Positions 43,501 to 58,500 of a DNA stretch of 64,000 nucleotides are shown here, one piece after another. The stretch is taken from the NCBI RefSeq assembly GCF_009914755.1, contig NC_060948.1, one strand, 5' to 3'. Position 1 is the first letter of the stretch. Every line of letters starts with the position of its first letter. The translations under genes were made by a program, and so were the position numbers. The DNA is from the human T2T-CHM13v2.0 reference genome, Homo sapiens. The notes under the pieces are model-generated. The model made no database searches and had not been told where the DNA came from. It was given only the letters and a program-made list of their open reading frames with translations.

Positions 43501-46500
43501 TGGGATTGGAATGAAATGTACTGGAAAGGACTCGAATTTCATGAAACGGAATGGAATGAATTGGAACGGAATGGACTCGAATGGAATGGAATGTCATGGA
43601 ATGGCATCAAATGGAATGGCATCAAATGGAATGGAATCGAATGCAATGGAATGCTATGGAATGGAATGGAATGCATTGGAATGGAATGTCTTCTAATGGA
43701 ATGGATTCGAGTGGAATGGAATCGAATATAATGGAGTCGAATGAAATGGAATTGAAAGGAGTGGGATCGAATACAATGGAATATACTGGAATGTAATGTA
43801 ATGAACTCGAATGTAATTGACTGGAATGGAATGTACATGAATGGAATGTAATCGAATGGAAAGTCATCCAATGGAATAGAATCTAATGCAATAAAACCGA
43901 CTCAGATAGAGTAGAATGTAATGGAATGGAGTGCAGTGCAATGGAATGGAATGGAATGGAAGGCAATGGAATGGAATGGAATGGAATGGAATGGAATGGA
44001 ATGGAATGGAATGGGATGGAATGGGATGGAATGGATAGTAATGGACTGGAGTGAAATGGACTGGAAAGGAATGGACTCAAATTGAAAGGGCTCGAAAGGA
44101 ATGGAGTCAAATGGAATGGTCTGGAATGGAATGAACACGAATGTAATGCAATCCAATAGAATGGAATCGAATGGCATGGAATATAAAGAAATGGAATCGA
44201 AGAGAATGGAAACAAATGGAATGGAATTGAATGGAATGGAATTGAATGGAATGGGAACGAATGGAGTGAAATTGTATGCAGTAGAAGGGAATAGAATGGA
44301 ATGCAAGCGAAAGGAAAGGAATGGATTGGAATGGAATGGAATTCATTGGAATGGAAGGGAATGTAGTGTAATGGACAGGCCTGGAATAAAGTGGAATGCT
44401 ACGGTCTCGAATGGAATAAAAATGTATGGAATGGAATGCAATGAAACGGAATCGAATGTCATAGAATGTAATGGAATGCAAAAAAATGGAATCCTAAATC
44501 ATTGACTGGAAAGGCTGGGTGTCGAAAGGAATTGACTCCAATGGAATGGAATCGAATGGAATGGAAGTGAATAGAATCGAACTAAATCGAATGGAATGGA
44601 ATTGATAGGAACGGAATGGAAAGGAATGCAATGATTTGGCATGGAATGGAATCGAATGGCATCGAATGGAATGGAATGGAATGCAATGGAATGGAATGTA
44701 TTAGAATGTAATGAACTTTAATGGAATGTACTCGAATGGATTCGACTGGAATGGAATGTTCTGGAAGTGAATGGACTCCAATGGAATGGATTCAAAAGGA
44801 ATGGAATCGTACGGAATGGAATCTAATGGAATGGAATTAAATGGAAATGAATCAAATTGAATAGCACGGAATTGAATTGAATGGAATGGAATGCAATGGA
44901 ATCTAATGAAACGGAAAGGAAAGGAATGGAATGGAATGGAAAGGGCTGGAATGGAAAGGAATCGAAACGAATGGAATGGAATCGAACTGAAGAGACTGGA
45001 ATGGAATGCACTGGAATGGAAGGGAGTGTAATGGAAGGTTCTCGAAAAAAATGGAATCGAATGGAATGGAATTGAATGGAACGGAATAGAGTCGAATGGA
45101 ATTGAATGGAATGGAATGGACTAGAGTGAAATGGAATCGAACCACAAGGAATGGACAGGAATAGAATGGTCTCGAATTGAATGGAATCGTATGGAATGGC
45201 ATCAAACGGAATGGAATGGACAGCCACGGAATGGAATGCACTCGAATGCAATGGAGTCGAAACTAATGGACTGGAATAGAATGGACTCGACTGGTACGGA
45301 CTCCAATGGAATGGAATCGAATGGAAGGGAATCGAACGGAATGGACTCGAAGGGAAAAGACTGCAATGGAAAGGTCTCGAATGGAATGGAAATTAATGGA
45401 ATGGAATGGAATCGAATGAAATGGAGTCAAAAGGAATGGAATCGAATGGCAAGAAATCGAATGTAATGGAATCGCAAGGAATTGATGTGAACGGAACGGA
45501 ATGGAATGGAATCCAAAGGAATGGAATAGAATGGAATGGAATCGAATGGAAAGGACTCGAATGGAAATCACTCGAATAGAATGCAATTTAATAAAATAGG
45601 ATCAAATGTAATGGAATGGAATGGAAAGGAATCGAAACGAAAGGAATGGAGACAGATGGAATGGAATGGAACAGAGAGCAATGGTATAGAATGGAATGGA
45701 ATCATCTGGAATGGAATTGAATGGAATGGAATAATATGAAATGGAATGGAATGGAATGGAATGGAATGGAATGGAATGGAATGCCCTTGAATTAAATGGA
45801 CTGGAATGGAATGGACTCGAACAGAGTGGAATGGAAAGTGTTGAGATAGAATGCAATGGACTCCTTCGGAATGGTCTAGTATGCAATGCAATCGACTGGC
45901 AGGGAATCAAAAGGAATGTAATCGAATGGATTGGACTGGAATGCAGTGGACTCGAATAGATTGGAAACGGAATGCAAAGGAATGGAATGGAATAGTATGG
46001 AATGGAATGGAAAGGAATGGAGTGGAATAGACTAGAGTGGAATGGAATGGACTGGAAAGCAATGGACTGGAATGGAACTTTCTTGAATGGACTGGAATCA
46101 AACGGAATGGAATGCAATGCAATCAAATGGCATGGAATAAAATAGAATGAAAGAGAATCAAATGGAATTGAATCGAATGGAATCGAATGGATTGGAAAGG
46201 AATAGAATGGAATGCAATGGAATGGACTAGAATGGAATGGATTCGAATGGAATGGATTCGAATGGAAGGCAAAGGAATGGAATCTATTGGAATGGACTGT
46301 AATGGAATGGAATGGAAGGGATTGGAATGGACTCGAATGGAATGGACTGCAATAGAAAGGATTCGAATGGAATGAAAAAGAATTGAATGGAATAGAACAG
46401 AATGGAATCAAATCGAATGAAATGGAATGGAATAGAAAGGAATGGAATGAAATGGAATGGAAAGGATTCGAATGGAATGCAATCGAATGGAATGGAATCG

Positions 46501-49500
46501 AACGGAATGGAATAAAATGGAAGAAAACTGGCAAGAAATGGAATCGAAATGAATGGAGTGTTATGGAACGGACTCAAAAGGAATTGAATGTAATAGAATG
46601 GAGTGGAGTGGACTCGAATATAATGGACTGGAATGGAATGAAATCACATGGAATGGGAACGAATGGAATGGAATGGAAAGGAATGGAATCGAATGGAAAG
46701 GAATCGAATGGAAGGGAATGAAATTGAATCAACAGGAATGGAAGGGAATAGAATAGACGGTAATGGAATGGACTCGAATAGAATGGACACGAATGCTCAA
46801 ATTGAATGGACTCCAATGGAATGGAAACGAAAGGAATGTCATCGAATAGAATTGAATCGATTGGAATGAAATCGCAAGAATGGAGTGGAATCAAATGGAA
46901 TTGAATCGAAAGGAAAGGAAGCGAATGGACTGAAATGAAATGGAATGGAATTGAATGGAAAGTAATGCAATGGAATAGAATGGAACGAAATTTCACGGAA
47001 TGGAATCAAACTGAAAGGAATCAAATCAATGGAATCTAATCAAATGGAATGGAAGGGAATTGAATGGAGTAGATTGGATTGGATGGGATTGGAGTGAAAT
47101 GTACTGGAAAGGACTCGAATTTCATGAAACGGAATGGAATGAATTGGAACGGAATGGACTCGAATGGAATAGAATGTCATGGAATGGCATCAAATGGAAT
47201 GGCATCAAATGGAATGGAATCGAATGCAATGGAATGCTATGGAATGGAATGGAATGCATTGGAATGGAATGTCCTCTAATGGAATGGATTCGAGTGGAAT
47301 GGAATCGAATATAATGGAGTCGAATGAAATGGAATTGAAAGGAATGGGATCGAATACAATGGAATATACTGGAATGTAATGTAATGAACTCGAATGTAAT
47401 TGACTGGAATGGAATGTACATGAATGGAATGTAATCGAATGGAAAGTAATCCAATGGAATAGAATCTAATGCAATAAAATCGACTCAGATAGAGTAGAAT
47501 GTAATGGAATGGAGTGCAGTACAATGGAATGGAATGGAATGCAATGGAATGGAATGGAATGGAATGGAATGGAATGGAATGGGATGGAATGGGATGGAAT
47601 GGTATGGAATGGATAGTAATGGACTGGAGTGAAATGGACTGGAAAGGAATGGACTCAAATTGAAAGGGCTCGAAAGGAATGGAGTCAAATGGAATGGTCT
47701 GGAATGGAATGAACACGAATGTAATGCAATCCAATAGAATGGAATCGAATGGCATGGAATATAAAGAAATGGAATCGAAGAGAATGGAAACAAATGGAAT
47801 GGAATTGAATGGAATGGAATTGAATGGAATGGGAACGAATGGAGTGAAATTGTATGCAGTAGAAGGGAATAGAATGGAATGCAAGCGAAAGGAAAGGAAT
47901 GGATTGGAATGGAATGGAATTCATTGGAATGGAAGGGAATGTAGTGTAATGGACAGGCCTGGAATAAAGTGGAATGCTACGGTCTCGAATGGAATAAAAA
48001 TGTATGGAATGGAATGCAATGAAACGGAATCGAATGTCATAGAATGTAATGGAATGCAAAAAAATGGAATCCAAAATCATTGACTGGAAAGGCTGGGTGT
48101 CGAAAGGAATTGACTCCAATGGAATGGAATCGAATGGAATGGAAGTGAATAGAATCGAACTAAACCGAATGGAATGGAATTGATAGGAACGGAATGGAAA
48201 GGAATGCAATGAATTGGCATGGAATGGAATCGAATGGCATCGAATGGAATGGAATGGAATGCAATGGAATGGAATGTACTAGAATGTAATGAACTTTAAT
48301 GGAATGTACTCGAATGGATTCGACTGGAATGGAATGTTCTGGAAGTGAATGGACTCCAATGGAATGGATTCAAAAGGAATGGAATCGTACGGAATGGAAT
48401 CTAATGGAATGGAATTAAATGGAAATGAATCAAATTGAATAGCTCGGAATTGAATTGAATGGAATGGAATGCAATGGAATCTAATGAAACGGAAAGGAAA
48501 GGAATGGAATGGAATGGAATGGGCTGGAATGGAAAGGAATCGAAACGAATGGAATGGAATCGAACTGAAGAGACTGGAATGGAATGCACTGGAATGGAAG
48601 AGAGTGTAATGGAAGGTTCTCGAAAAAAATGGAATCGAATGGAATGGAATTGAATGGAACGGAATAGAGTCGAATGGAATTGAATGGAATGGAATGGACT
48701 AGAGTGAAATGGAATCGAACCACAAGGAATGGACAGGAATAGAATGGTCTCGAATTGAATGGAATCGTATGGAATGGCATCAAACGGAATGGAATGGACA
48801 GCCACGGAATGGAATGCACTCGAATGCAATGGAGTCGAAACTAATGGACTGGAATAGAATGGACTCGACTGGTACGGACTCCAATGGAATGGAATCGAAT
48901 GGAAGGGAATCGAACGGAATGGACTCGAAGGGAAAAGACTGCAATGGAAAGGTCTCGAATGGAATGGAAATTAATGGAATGGAATGGAATCGAATGAAAT
49001 GGAGTCAAAAGGAATGGAATCGAATGGCAAGAAATCGAATGTAATGGAATCGCAAGGAATTGATGTGAACGGAACGGAATGGAATGGAATCCAAAGGAAT
49101 GGAATAGAATGGAATGGAATCGAATGGAAAGGACTCGAATGGAAATCACTCGAATAGAATGCAATTTAATAAAATAGGATCAAATGTAATGGAATGGAAT
49201 GGAAAGGAATCGAAACGAAAGGAATGGAGACAGATGGAATGGAATGGAACAGAGAGCAATGGTATAGAATGGAATGGAATCATCTGGAATGGAATTGAAT
49301 GGAATGGAATAATATGAAATGGAATGGAATGGAATGGAATGGAATGCCCTTGAATTAAATGGACTGGAATGGAATGGACTCGAACAGAGTGGAATGGAAA
49401 GTGTTGAGATAGAATGGAATGGACTCCTTTGGAATGGTGTAGTATGCAATGCAATCGACTGGCAGGGAATCAAAAGGAATGTAATGGAATGGATTGGACT

Positions 49501-52500
49501 GGAATGCAATGGACTCGAATAGATTGGAAACGGAATGCAAAGGAATGGAATGGAATAGTATGGAATGGAATGGAAAGGAATGGAGTGGAATAGACTAGAG
49601 TGGAATGGAATGGACTGGAAAGCAATGGACTGGAATGGAACTTTCTTGAATGGACTGGAATCAAACGGAATGGAATGCAATGCAATCAAATGGCATGGAA
49701 TAAAATAGAATGAAAGAGAATCAAATGGAATTGAATCGAATGGAATCGAATGGATTGGAAAGGAATAGAATGGAATGGAATGGAATGGACTAGAATGGAA
49801 TGGATTCGAATGGAAGGCAAAGGAATGGAATCTATTGGAATGGACTGTAATGGAATGGAATGGAAGGGATTGGAATGGACTCGAATGGAATGGACTGCAA
49901 TAGAAAGGATTCGAATGGAATGAAAAAGAATTGAATGGAATAGAACAGAATGGAATCAAATCGAATGAAATGGAATGGAATAGAAAGGAATGGAATGAAA
50001 TGGAATGGAAAGGATTCGAATGGAATGCAATCGAATGGAATGGAATCGAACGGAATGGAATAAAATGGAAGAAAACTGGCAAGAAATGGAATCGAAATGA
50101 ATGGAGTGTTATGGAACGGACTCAAAAGGAATTGAATGTAATAGAATGGAGTGGAGTGGACTCGAATATAATGGACTGGAATGGAATGAAATCACATGGA
50201 ATGGGAACGAATGGAATGGAATGGAAAGGAATGGAATCGAATGGAAAGGAATCGAATGGAAGGGAATGAAATTGAATCAACAGGAATGGAAGGGAATAGA
50301 ATAGACGGTAATGGAATGGACTCGAATAGAATGGACACGAATGCTCAAATTGAATGGACTCCAATGGAATGGAAACGAAAGGAATGTCATCGAATAGAAT
50401 TGAATCGATTGGAATGAAATCGCAAGAATGGAGTGGAATCAAATGGAATTGAATCGAAAGGAAAGGAAGCGAATGGACTGAAATGAAATGGAATGGAATT
50501 GAATGGAAAGTAATGCAATGGAATAGAATGGAACGAAATTTCACGGAATGGAATCAAACTGAAAGGAATCAAATCAATGGAATCTAATCAAATGGAATGG
50601 AAGGGAATTGAATGGAGTAGATTGGATTGGATGGGATTGGAGTGAAATGTACTGGAAAGGACTCGAATTTCATGAAACGGAATGGAATGAATTGGAACGG
50701 AATGGACTCGAATGGAATAGAATGTCATGGAATGGCATCAAATGGAATGGCATCAAATGGAATGGAATCGAATGCAATGGAATGCTATGGAATGGAATGG
50801 AATGCATTGGAATGGAATGTCCTCTAATGGAATGGATTCGAGTGGAATGGAATCGAATATAATGGAGTCGAATGAAATGGAATTGAAAGGAATGGGATCG
50901 AATACAATGGAATATACTGGAATGTAATGTAATGAACTCGAATGTAATTGACTGGAATGGAATGTACATGAATGGAATGTAATCGAATGGAAAGTAATCC
51001 AATGGAATAGAATCTAATGCAATAAAATCGACTCAGATAGAGTAGAATGTAATGGAATGGAGTGCAGTACAATGGAATGGAATGGAATGCAATGGAATGG
51101 AATGGAATGGAATGGAATGGAATGGAATGGGATGGAATGGGATGGAATGGTATGGAATGGATAGTAATGGACTGGAGTGAAATGGACTGGAAAGGAATGG
51201 ACTCAAATTGAAAGGGCTCGAAAGGAATGGAGTCAAATGGAATGGTCTGGAATGGAATGAACACGAATGTAATGCAATCCAATAGAATGGAATCGAATGG
51301 CATGGAATATAAAGAAATGGAATCGAAGAGAATGGAAACAAATGGAATGGAATTGAATGGAATGGAATTGAATGGAATGGGAACGAATGGAGTGAAATTG
51401 TATGCAGTAGAAGGGAATAGAATGGAATGCAAGCGAAAGGAAAGGAATGGATTGGAATGGAATGGAATTCATTGGAATGGAAGGGAATGTAGTGTAATGG
51501 ACAGGCCTGGAATAAAGTGGAATGCTACGGTCTCGAATGGAATAAAAATGTATGGAATGGAATGCAATGAAACGGAATCGAATGTCATAGAATGTAATGG
51601 AATGCAAAAAAATGGAATCCAAAATCATTGACTGGAAAGGCTGGGTGTCGAAAGGAATTGACTCCAATGGAATGGAATCGAATGGAATGGAAGTGAATAG
51701 AATCGAACTAAACCGAATGGAATGGAATTGATAGGAACGGAATGGAAAGGAATGCAATGAATTGGCATGGAATGGAATCGAATGGCATCGAATGGAATGG
51801 AATGGAATGCAATGGAATGGAATGTACTAGAATGTAATGAACTTTAATGGAATGTACTCGAATGGATTCGACTGGAATGGAATGTTCTGGAAGTGAATGG
51901 ACTCCAATGGAATGGATTCAAAAGGAATGGAATCGTACGGAATGGAATCTAATGGAATGGAATTAAATGGAAATGAATCAAATTGAATAGCTCGGAATTG
52001 AATTGAATGGAATGGAATGCAATGGAATCTAATGAAACGGAAAGGAAAGGAATGGAATGGAATGGAATGGGCTGGAATGGAAAGGAATCGAAACGAATGG
52101 AATGGAATCGAACTGAAGAGACTGGAATGGAATGCACTGGAATGGAAGAGAGTGTAATGGAAGGTTCTCGAAAAAAATGGAATCGAATGGAATGGAATTG
52201 AATGGAACGGAATAGAGTCGAATGGAATTGAATGGAATGGAATGGACTAGAGTGAAATGGAATCGAACCACAAGGAATGGACAGGAATAGAATGGTCTCG
52301 AATTGAATGGAATCGTATGGAATGGCATCAAACGGAATGGAATGGACAGCCACGGAATGGAATGCACTCGAATGCAATGGAGTCGAAACTAATGGACTGG
52401 AATAGAATGGACTCGACTGGTACGGACTCCAATGGAATGGAATCGAATGGAAGGGAATCGAACGGAATGGACTCGAAGGGAAAAGACTGCAATGGAAAGG

Positions 52501-55500
52501 TCTCGAATGGAATGGAAATTAATGGAATGGAATGGAATCGAATGAAATGGAGTCAAAAGGAATGGAATCGAATGGCAAGAAATCGAATGTAATGGAATCG
52601 CAAGGAATTGATGTGAACGGAACGGAATGGAATGGAATCCAAAGGAATGGAATAGAATGGAATGGAATCGAATGGAAAGGACTCGAATGGAAATCACTCG
52701 AATAGAATGCAATTTAATAAAATAGGATCAAATGTAATGGAATGGAATGGAAAGGAATCGAAACGAAAGGAATGGAGACAGATGGAATGGAATGGAACAG
52801 AGAGCAATGGTATAGAATGGAATGGAATCATCTGGAATGGAATTGAATGGAATGGAATAATATGAAATGGAATGGAATGGAATGGAATGGAATGCCCTTG
52901 AATTAAATGGACTGGAATGGAATGGACTCGAACAGAGTGGAATGGAAAGTGTTGAGATAGAATGGAATGGACTCCTTTGGAATGGTGTAGTATGCAATGC
53001 AATCGACTGGCAGGGAATCAAAAGGAATGTAATGGAATGGATTGGACTGGAATGCAATGGACTCGAATAGATTGGAAACGGAATGCAAAGGAATGGAATG
53101 GAATAGTATGGAATGGAATGGAAAGGAATGGAGTGGAATAGACTAGAGTGGAATGGAATGGACTGGAAAGCAATGGACTGGAATGGAACTTTCTTGAATG
53201 GACTGGAATCAAACGGAATGGAATGCAATGCAATCAAATGGCATGGAATAAAATAGAATGAAAGAGAATCAAATGGAATTGAATCGAATGGAATCGAATG
53301 GATTGGAAAGGAATAGAATGGAATGGAATGGAATGGACTAGAATGGAATGGATTCGAATGGAAGGCAAAGGAATGGAATCTATTGGAATGGACTGTAATG
53401 GAATGGAATGGAAGGGATTGGAATGGACTCGAATGGAATGGACTGCAATAGAAAGGATTCGAATGGAATGAAAAAGAATTGAATGGAATAGAACAGAATG
53501 GAATCAAATCGAATGAAATGGAATGGAATAGAAAGGAATGGAATGAAATGGAATGGAAAGGATTCGAATGGAATGCAATCGAATGGAATGGAATCGAACG
53601 GAATGGAATAAAATGGAAGAAAACTGGCAAGAAATGGAATCGAAATGAATGGAGTGTTATGGAACGGACTCAAAAGGAATTGAATGTAATAGAATGGAGT
53701 GGAGTGGACTCGAATATAATGGACTGGAATGGAATGAAATCACATGGAATGGGAACGAATGGAATGGAATGGAAAGGAATGGAATCGAATGGAAAGGAAT
53801 CGAATGGAAGGGAATGAAATTGAATCAACAGGAATGGAAGGGAATAGAATAGACTGTAATGGAATGGACTCGAATAGAATGGACACGAATGCTCAAATTG
53901 AATGGACTCCAATGGAATGGAAACGAAAGGAATGTCATCGAATAGAATTGAATCGACTGGAATGAAATCGCAAGAATGGAGTGGAATCAAATGGAATTGA
54001 ATCGAAAGGAAAGGAAGCGAATGGACTGAAATGAAATGGAATGGAATTGAATGGAAAGTAATGCAATGGAATAGAATGGAACGAAATTTCACGGAATGGA
54101 ATCAAACTGAAAGGAATCAAATCAATGGAATCTAATCAAATGGAATGGAAGGGAATTGAATGGAGTAGATTGGATTGGATGGGATTGGAGTGAAATGTAC
54201 TGGAAAGGACTCGAATTTCATGAAACGGAATGGAATGAATTGGAACGGAATGGACTCGAATGGAATGGAATGTCATGGAATGGCATCAAATGGAATGGCA
54301 TCAAATGGAATGGAATCGAATGCAATGGAATGCTATGGAATGGAATGGAATGCATTGGAATGGAATGTCCTCTAATGGAATGGATTCGAGTGGAATGGAA
54401 TCGAATATAATGGAGTCGAATGAAATGGAATTGAAAGGAATGGGATCGAATACAATGGAATATACTGGAATGTAATGTAATGAACTCGAATGTAATTGAC
54501 TGGAATGGAATGTACATGAATGGAATGTAATCGAATGGAAAGTAATCCAATGGAATAGAATCTAATGCAATAAAATCGACTCAGATAGAGTAGAATGTAA
54601 TGGAATGGAGTGCAGTACAATGGAATGGAATGGAATGCAATGGAATGGAATGGAATGGAATGGAATGGAATGGAATGGGATGGAATGGGATGGAATGGTA
54701 TGGAGTGGATAGTAATGGACTGGAGTGAAATGGACTGGAAAGGAATGGACTCAAATTGAAAGGGCTCGAAAGGAATGGAGTCAAATGGAATGGTCTGGAA
54801 TGGAATGAACACGAATGTAATGCAATCCAATAGAATGGAATCGAATGGCATGGAATATAAAGAAATGGAATCGAAGAGAATGGAAACAAATGGAATGGAA
54901 TTGAATGGAATGGAATTGAATGGAATGGGAACGAATGGAGTGAAATTGTATGCAGTAGAAGGGAATAGAATGGAATGCAAGCGAAAGGAAAGGAATGGAT
55001 TGGAATGGAATGGAATTCATTGGAATGGAAGGGAATGTAGTGTAATGGACAGGCCTGGAATAAAGTGGAATGCTACGGTCTCGAATGGAATAAAAATGTA
55101 TGGAATGGAATGCAATGAAATGGAATCGAATGTCATAGAATGTAATGGAATGCAAAAAAATGGAATCCAAAATCATTGACTGGAAAGGCTGGGTGTCGAA
55201 AGGAATTGACTCCAATGATATGGAATCGAATGGAATGGAAGTGAATAGAATCGAACTAAATCGAATGGAATGGAATTGATAGGAACGGAATGGAAAGGAA
55301 TGCAATGAATTGGCATGGAATGGAATCGAATGGCATCGAATGGAATGGAATGGAATGCAATGGAATGGAATGTATTAGAATGTAATGAACTTTAATGGAA
55401 TGTACTCGAATGGATTCGACTGGAATGGAATGTTCTGGAAGTGAATGGACTCCAATGGAATGGATTCAAAAGGAATGGAATCGTACGGAATGGAATCTAA

Positions 55501-58500
55501 TGGAATGGAATTAAATGGAAATGAATCAAATTGAATAGCACGGAATTGAATTGAATGGAATGGAATGCAATGGAATCTAATGAAACGGAAAGGAAAGGAA
55601 TGGAATGGAATGGAATGGGCTGGAATGGAAAGGAATCGAAACGAATGGAATGGAATCGAACTGAAGAGACTGGAATGGAATGCACTGGAATGGAAGGGAG
55701 TGTAATGGAAGGTTCTCGAAAAAAATGGAATCGAATGGAATGGAATTGAATGGAACGGAATAGAGTCGAATGGAATTGAATGGAATGGAATGGACTAGAG
55801 TGAAATGGAATCGAACCACAAGGAATGGACAGGAATAGAATGGTCTCGAATTGAATGGAATCGTATGGAATGGCATCAAACGGAATGGAATGGACAGCCA
55901 CGGAATGGAATGCACTCGAATGCAATGGAGTCGAAACTAATGGACTGGAATAGAATGGACTCGACTGGTACGGACTCCAATGGAATGGAATCGAATGGAA
56001 GGGAATCGAACGGAATGGACTCGAAGGGAAAAGACTGCAATGGAAAGGTCTCGAAAGGAATGGAAATTAATGGAATGGAATGGAATCGAATGAAATGGAG
56101 TCAAAAGGAATGGAATCGAATGGCAAGAAATCGAATGTAATGGAATCGCAAGGAATTGATGTGAACGGAACGGAATGGAATGGAATCCAAAGGAATGGAA
56201 TAGAATGGAATGGAATCGAATGGAAAGGACTCGAATGGAAATCACTCGAATAGAATGCAATTTAATAAAATAGGATCAAATGTAATGGAATGGAATGGAA
56301 AGGAATCGAAACGAAAGGAATGGAGACAGATGGAATGGAATGGAACAGAGAGCAATGGTATAGAATGGAATGGAATCATCTGGAATGGAATTGAATGGAA
56401 TGGAATAATATGAAATGGAATGGAATGGAATGGAATGGAATGCCCTTGAATTAAATGGACTGGAATGGAATGGACTCGAACAGAGTGGAATGGAAAGTGT
56501 TGAGATAGAATGGAATGGACTCCTTTGGAATGGTGTAGTATGCAATGCAATCGACTGGCAGGGAATCAAAAGGAATGTAATGGAATGGATTGGACTGGAA
56601 TGCAATGGACTCGAATAGATTGGAAACGGAATGCAAAGGAATGGAATGGAATAGTATGGAATGGAATGGAAAGGAATGGAGTGGAATAGACTAGAGTGGA
56701 ATGGAATGGACTGGAAAGCAATGGACTGGAATGGAACTTTCTTGAATGGACTGGAATCAAACGGAATGGAATGCAATGCAATCAAATGGCATGGAATAAA
56801 ATAGAATGAAAGAGAATCAAATGGAATTGAATCGAATGGAATCGAATGGATTGGAAAGGAATAGAATGGAATGGAATGGAATTGACTCGAATGGAATGGA
56901 CTAGAATGGAATGGATTCGAATGGAAGGCAAAGGAATGGAATCTATTGGAATGGACTGTAATGGAATGGAATGGAAAGGATTGGAATGGACTCGAATGGA
57001 ATGGACTGCAATAGAAAGGATTCGAATGGAATGAAAAAGAATTGAATGGAATAGAACAGAATGGAATCAAATCGAATGAAATGGAATGGAATAGAAAGGA
57101 ATGGAATGAAATGGAATGGAAAGGATTCGAATGGAATGCAATCGAATGGAATGGAATCGAACGGAATGGAATAAAATGGAAGAAAACTGGCAAGAAATGG
57201 AATCGAAATGAATGGAGTGTTATGGAACGGACTCAAAAGGAATTGAATGTAATAGAATGGAGTGGAGTGGACTCGAATATAATGGAATGGAATGGAATGA
57301 AATCACAAGGAATGGGAACGAATGGAATGGAATGGAAAGGAATGGAATCGAATGGAAAGGAATCGAATGGAAGGGAATGAAATTGAATCAACAGGAATGG
57401 AAGGGAATAGAATAGACGGTAATGGAATGGACTCGAATAGAATGGACACGAATGCTCAAATTGAATGGACTCGAATGGAATGGAAACGAAAGGAATGTCA
57501 TCGAATGGAATTGAATGGATTGGAATGAAATCGCATAGAATGGAGTGGAATCAAATGGAATTTAATCGAAAGGAAAGGAAGCGAATGGACTGAAATGAAA
57601 TGGAATGGAATTGAATGGAAAGTAATGCAATGGAATAGAATGGAACGAAATTTCACGGAATGGAATCAAACTGAATGGAATCAAATCAATGGAATCAAAT
57701 CAAATGGAATGGAAAGGAATTGAATGGAGTAGATTGGATTGGATGGGATTGGAATGAAATGTACTGGAAAGGACTCGAATTTCATGAAACGGAATGGAAT
57801 GAATTGGAACGGAATGGACTCGAATGGAATGGAATGTCATGGAATGGCATCAAATGGAATGGCATCAAATGGAATGGAATCGAATGCAATGGAATGCTAT
57901 GGAATGGAATGGAATGCATTGGAATGGAATGTCCTCTAATGGAATGGATTCGAGTGGAATGGAATCGAATATAATGGAGTCGAATGAAATGGAATTGAAA
58001 GGAGTGGGATCGAATACAATGGAATATACTGGAATGTAATGTAATGAACTCGAATGTAATTGACTGGAATGGAATGTACATGAATGGAATGTAATCGAAT
58101 GGAAAGTCATCCAATGGAATAGAATCTAATGCAATAAAACCGACTCAGATAGAGTAGAATGTAATGGAATGGAGTGCAGTGCAATGGAATGGAATGGAAT
58201 GGAAGGCAATGGAATGGAATGGAATGGAATGGAATGGAATGGAATGGAATGGGATGGAATGGGATGGAATGGATAGTAATGGACTGGAGTGAAATGGACT
58301 GGAAAGGAATGGACTCAAATTGAAAGGGCTCGAAAGGAATGGAGTCAAATGGAATGGTCTGGAATGGAATGAACACGAATGTAATGCAATCCAATAGAAT
58401 GGAATCGAATGGCATGGAATATAAAGAAATGGAATCGAAGAGAATGGAAACAAATGGAATGGAATTGAATGGAATGGAATTGAATGGAATGGGAACGAAT

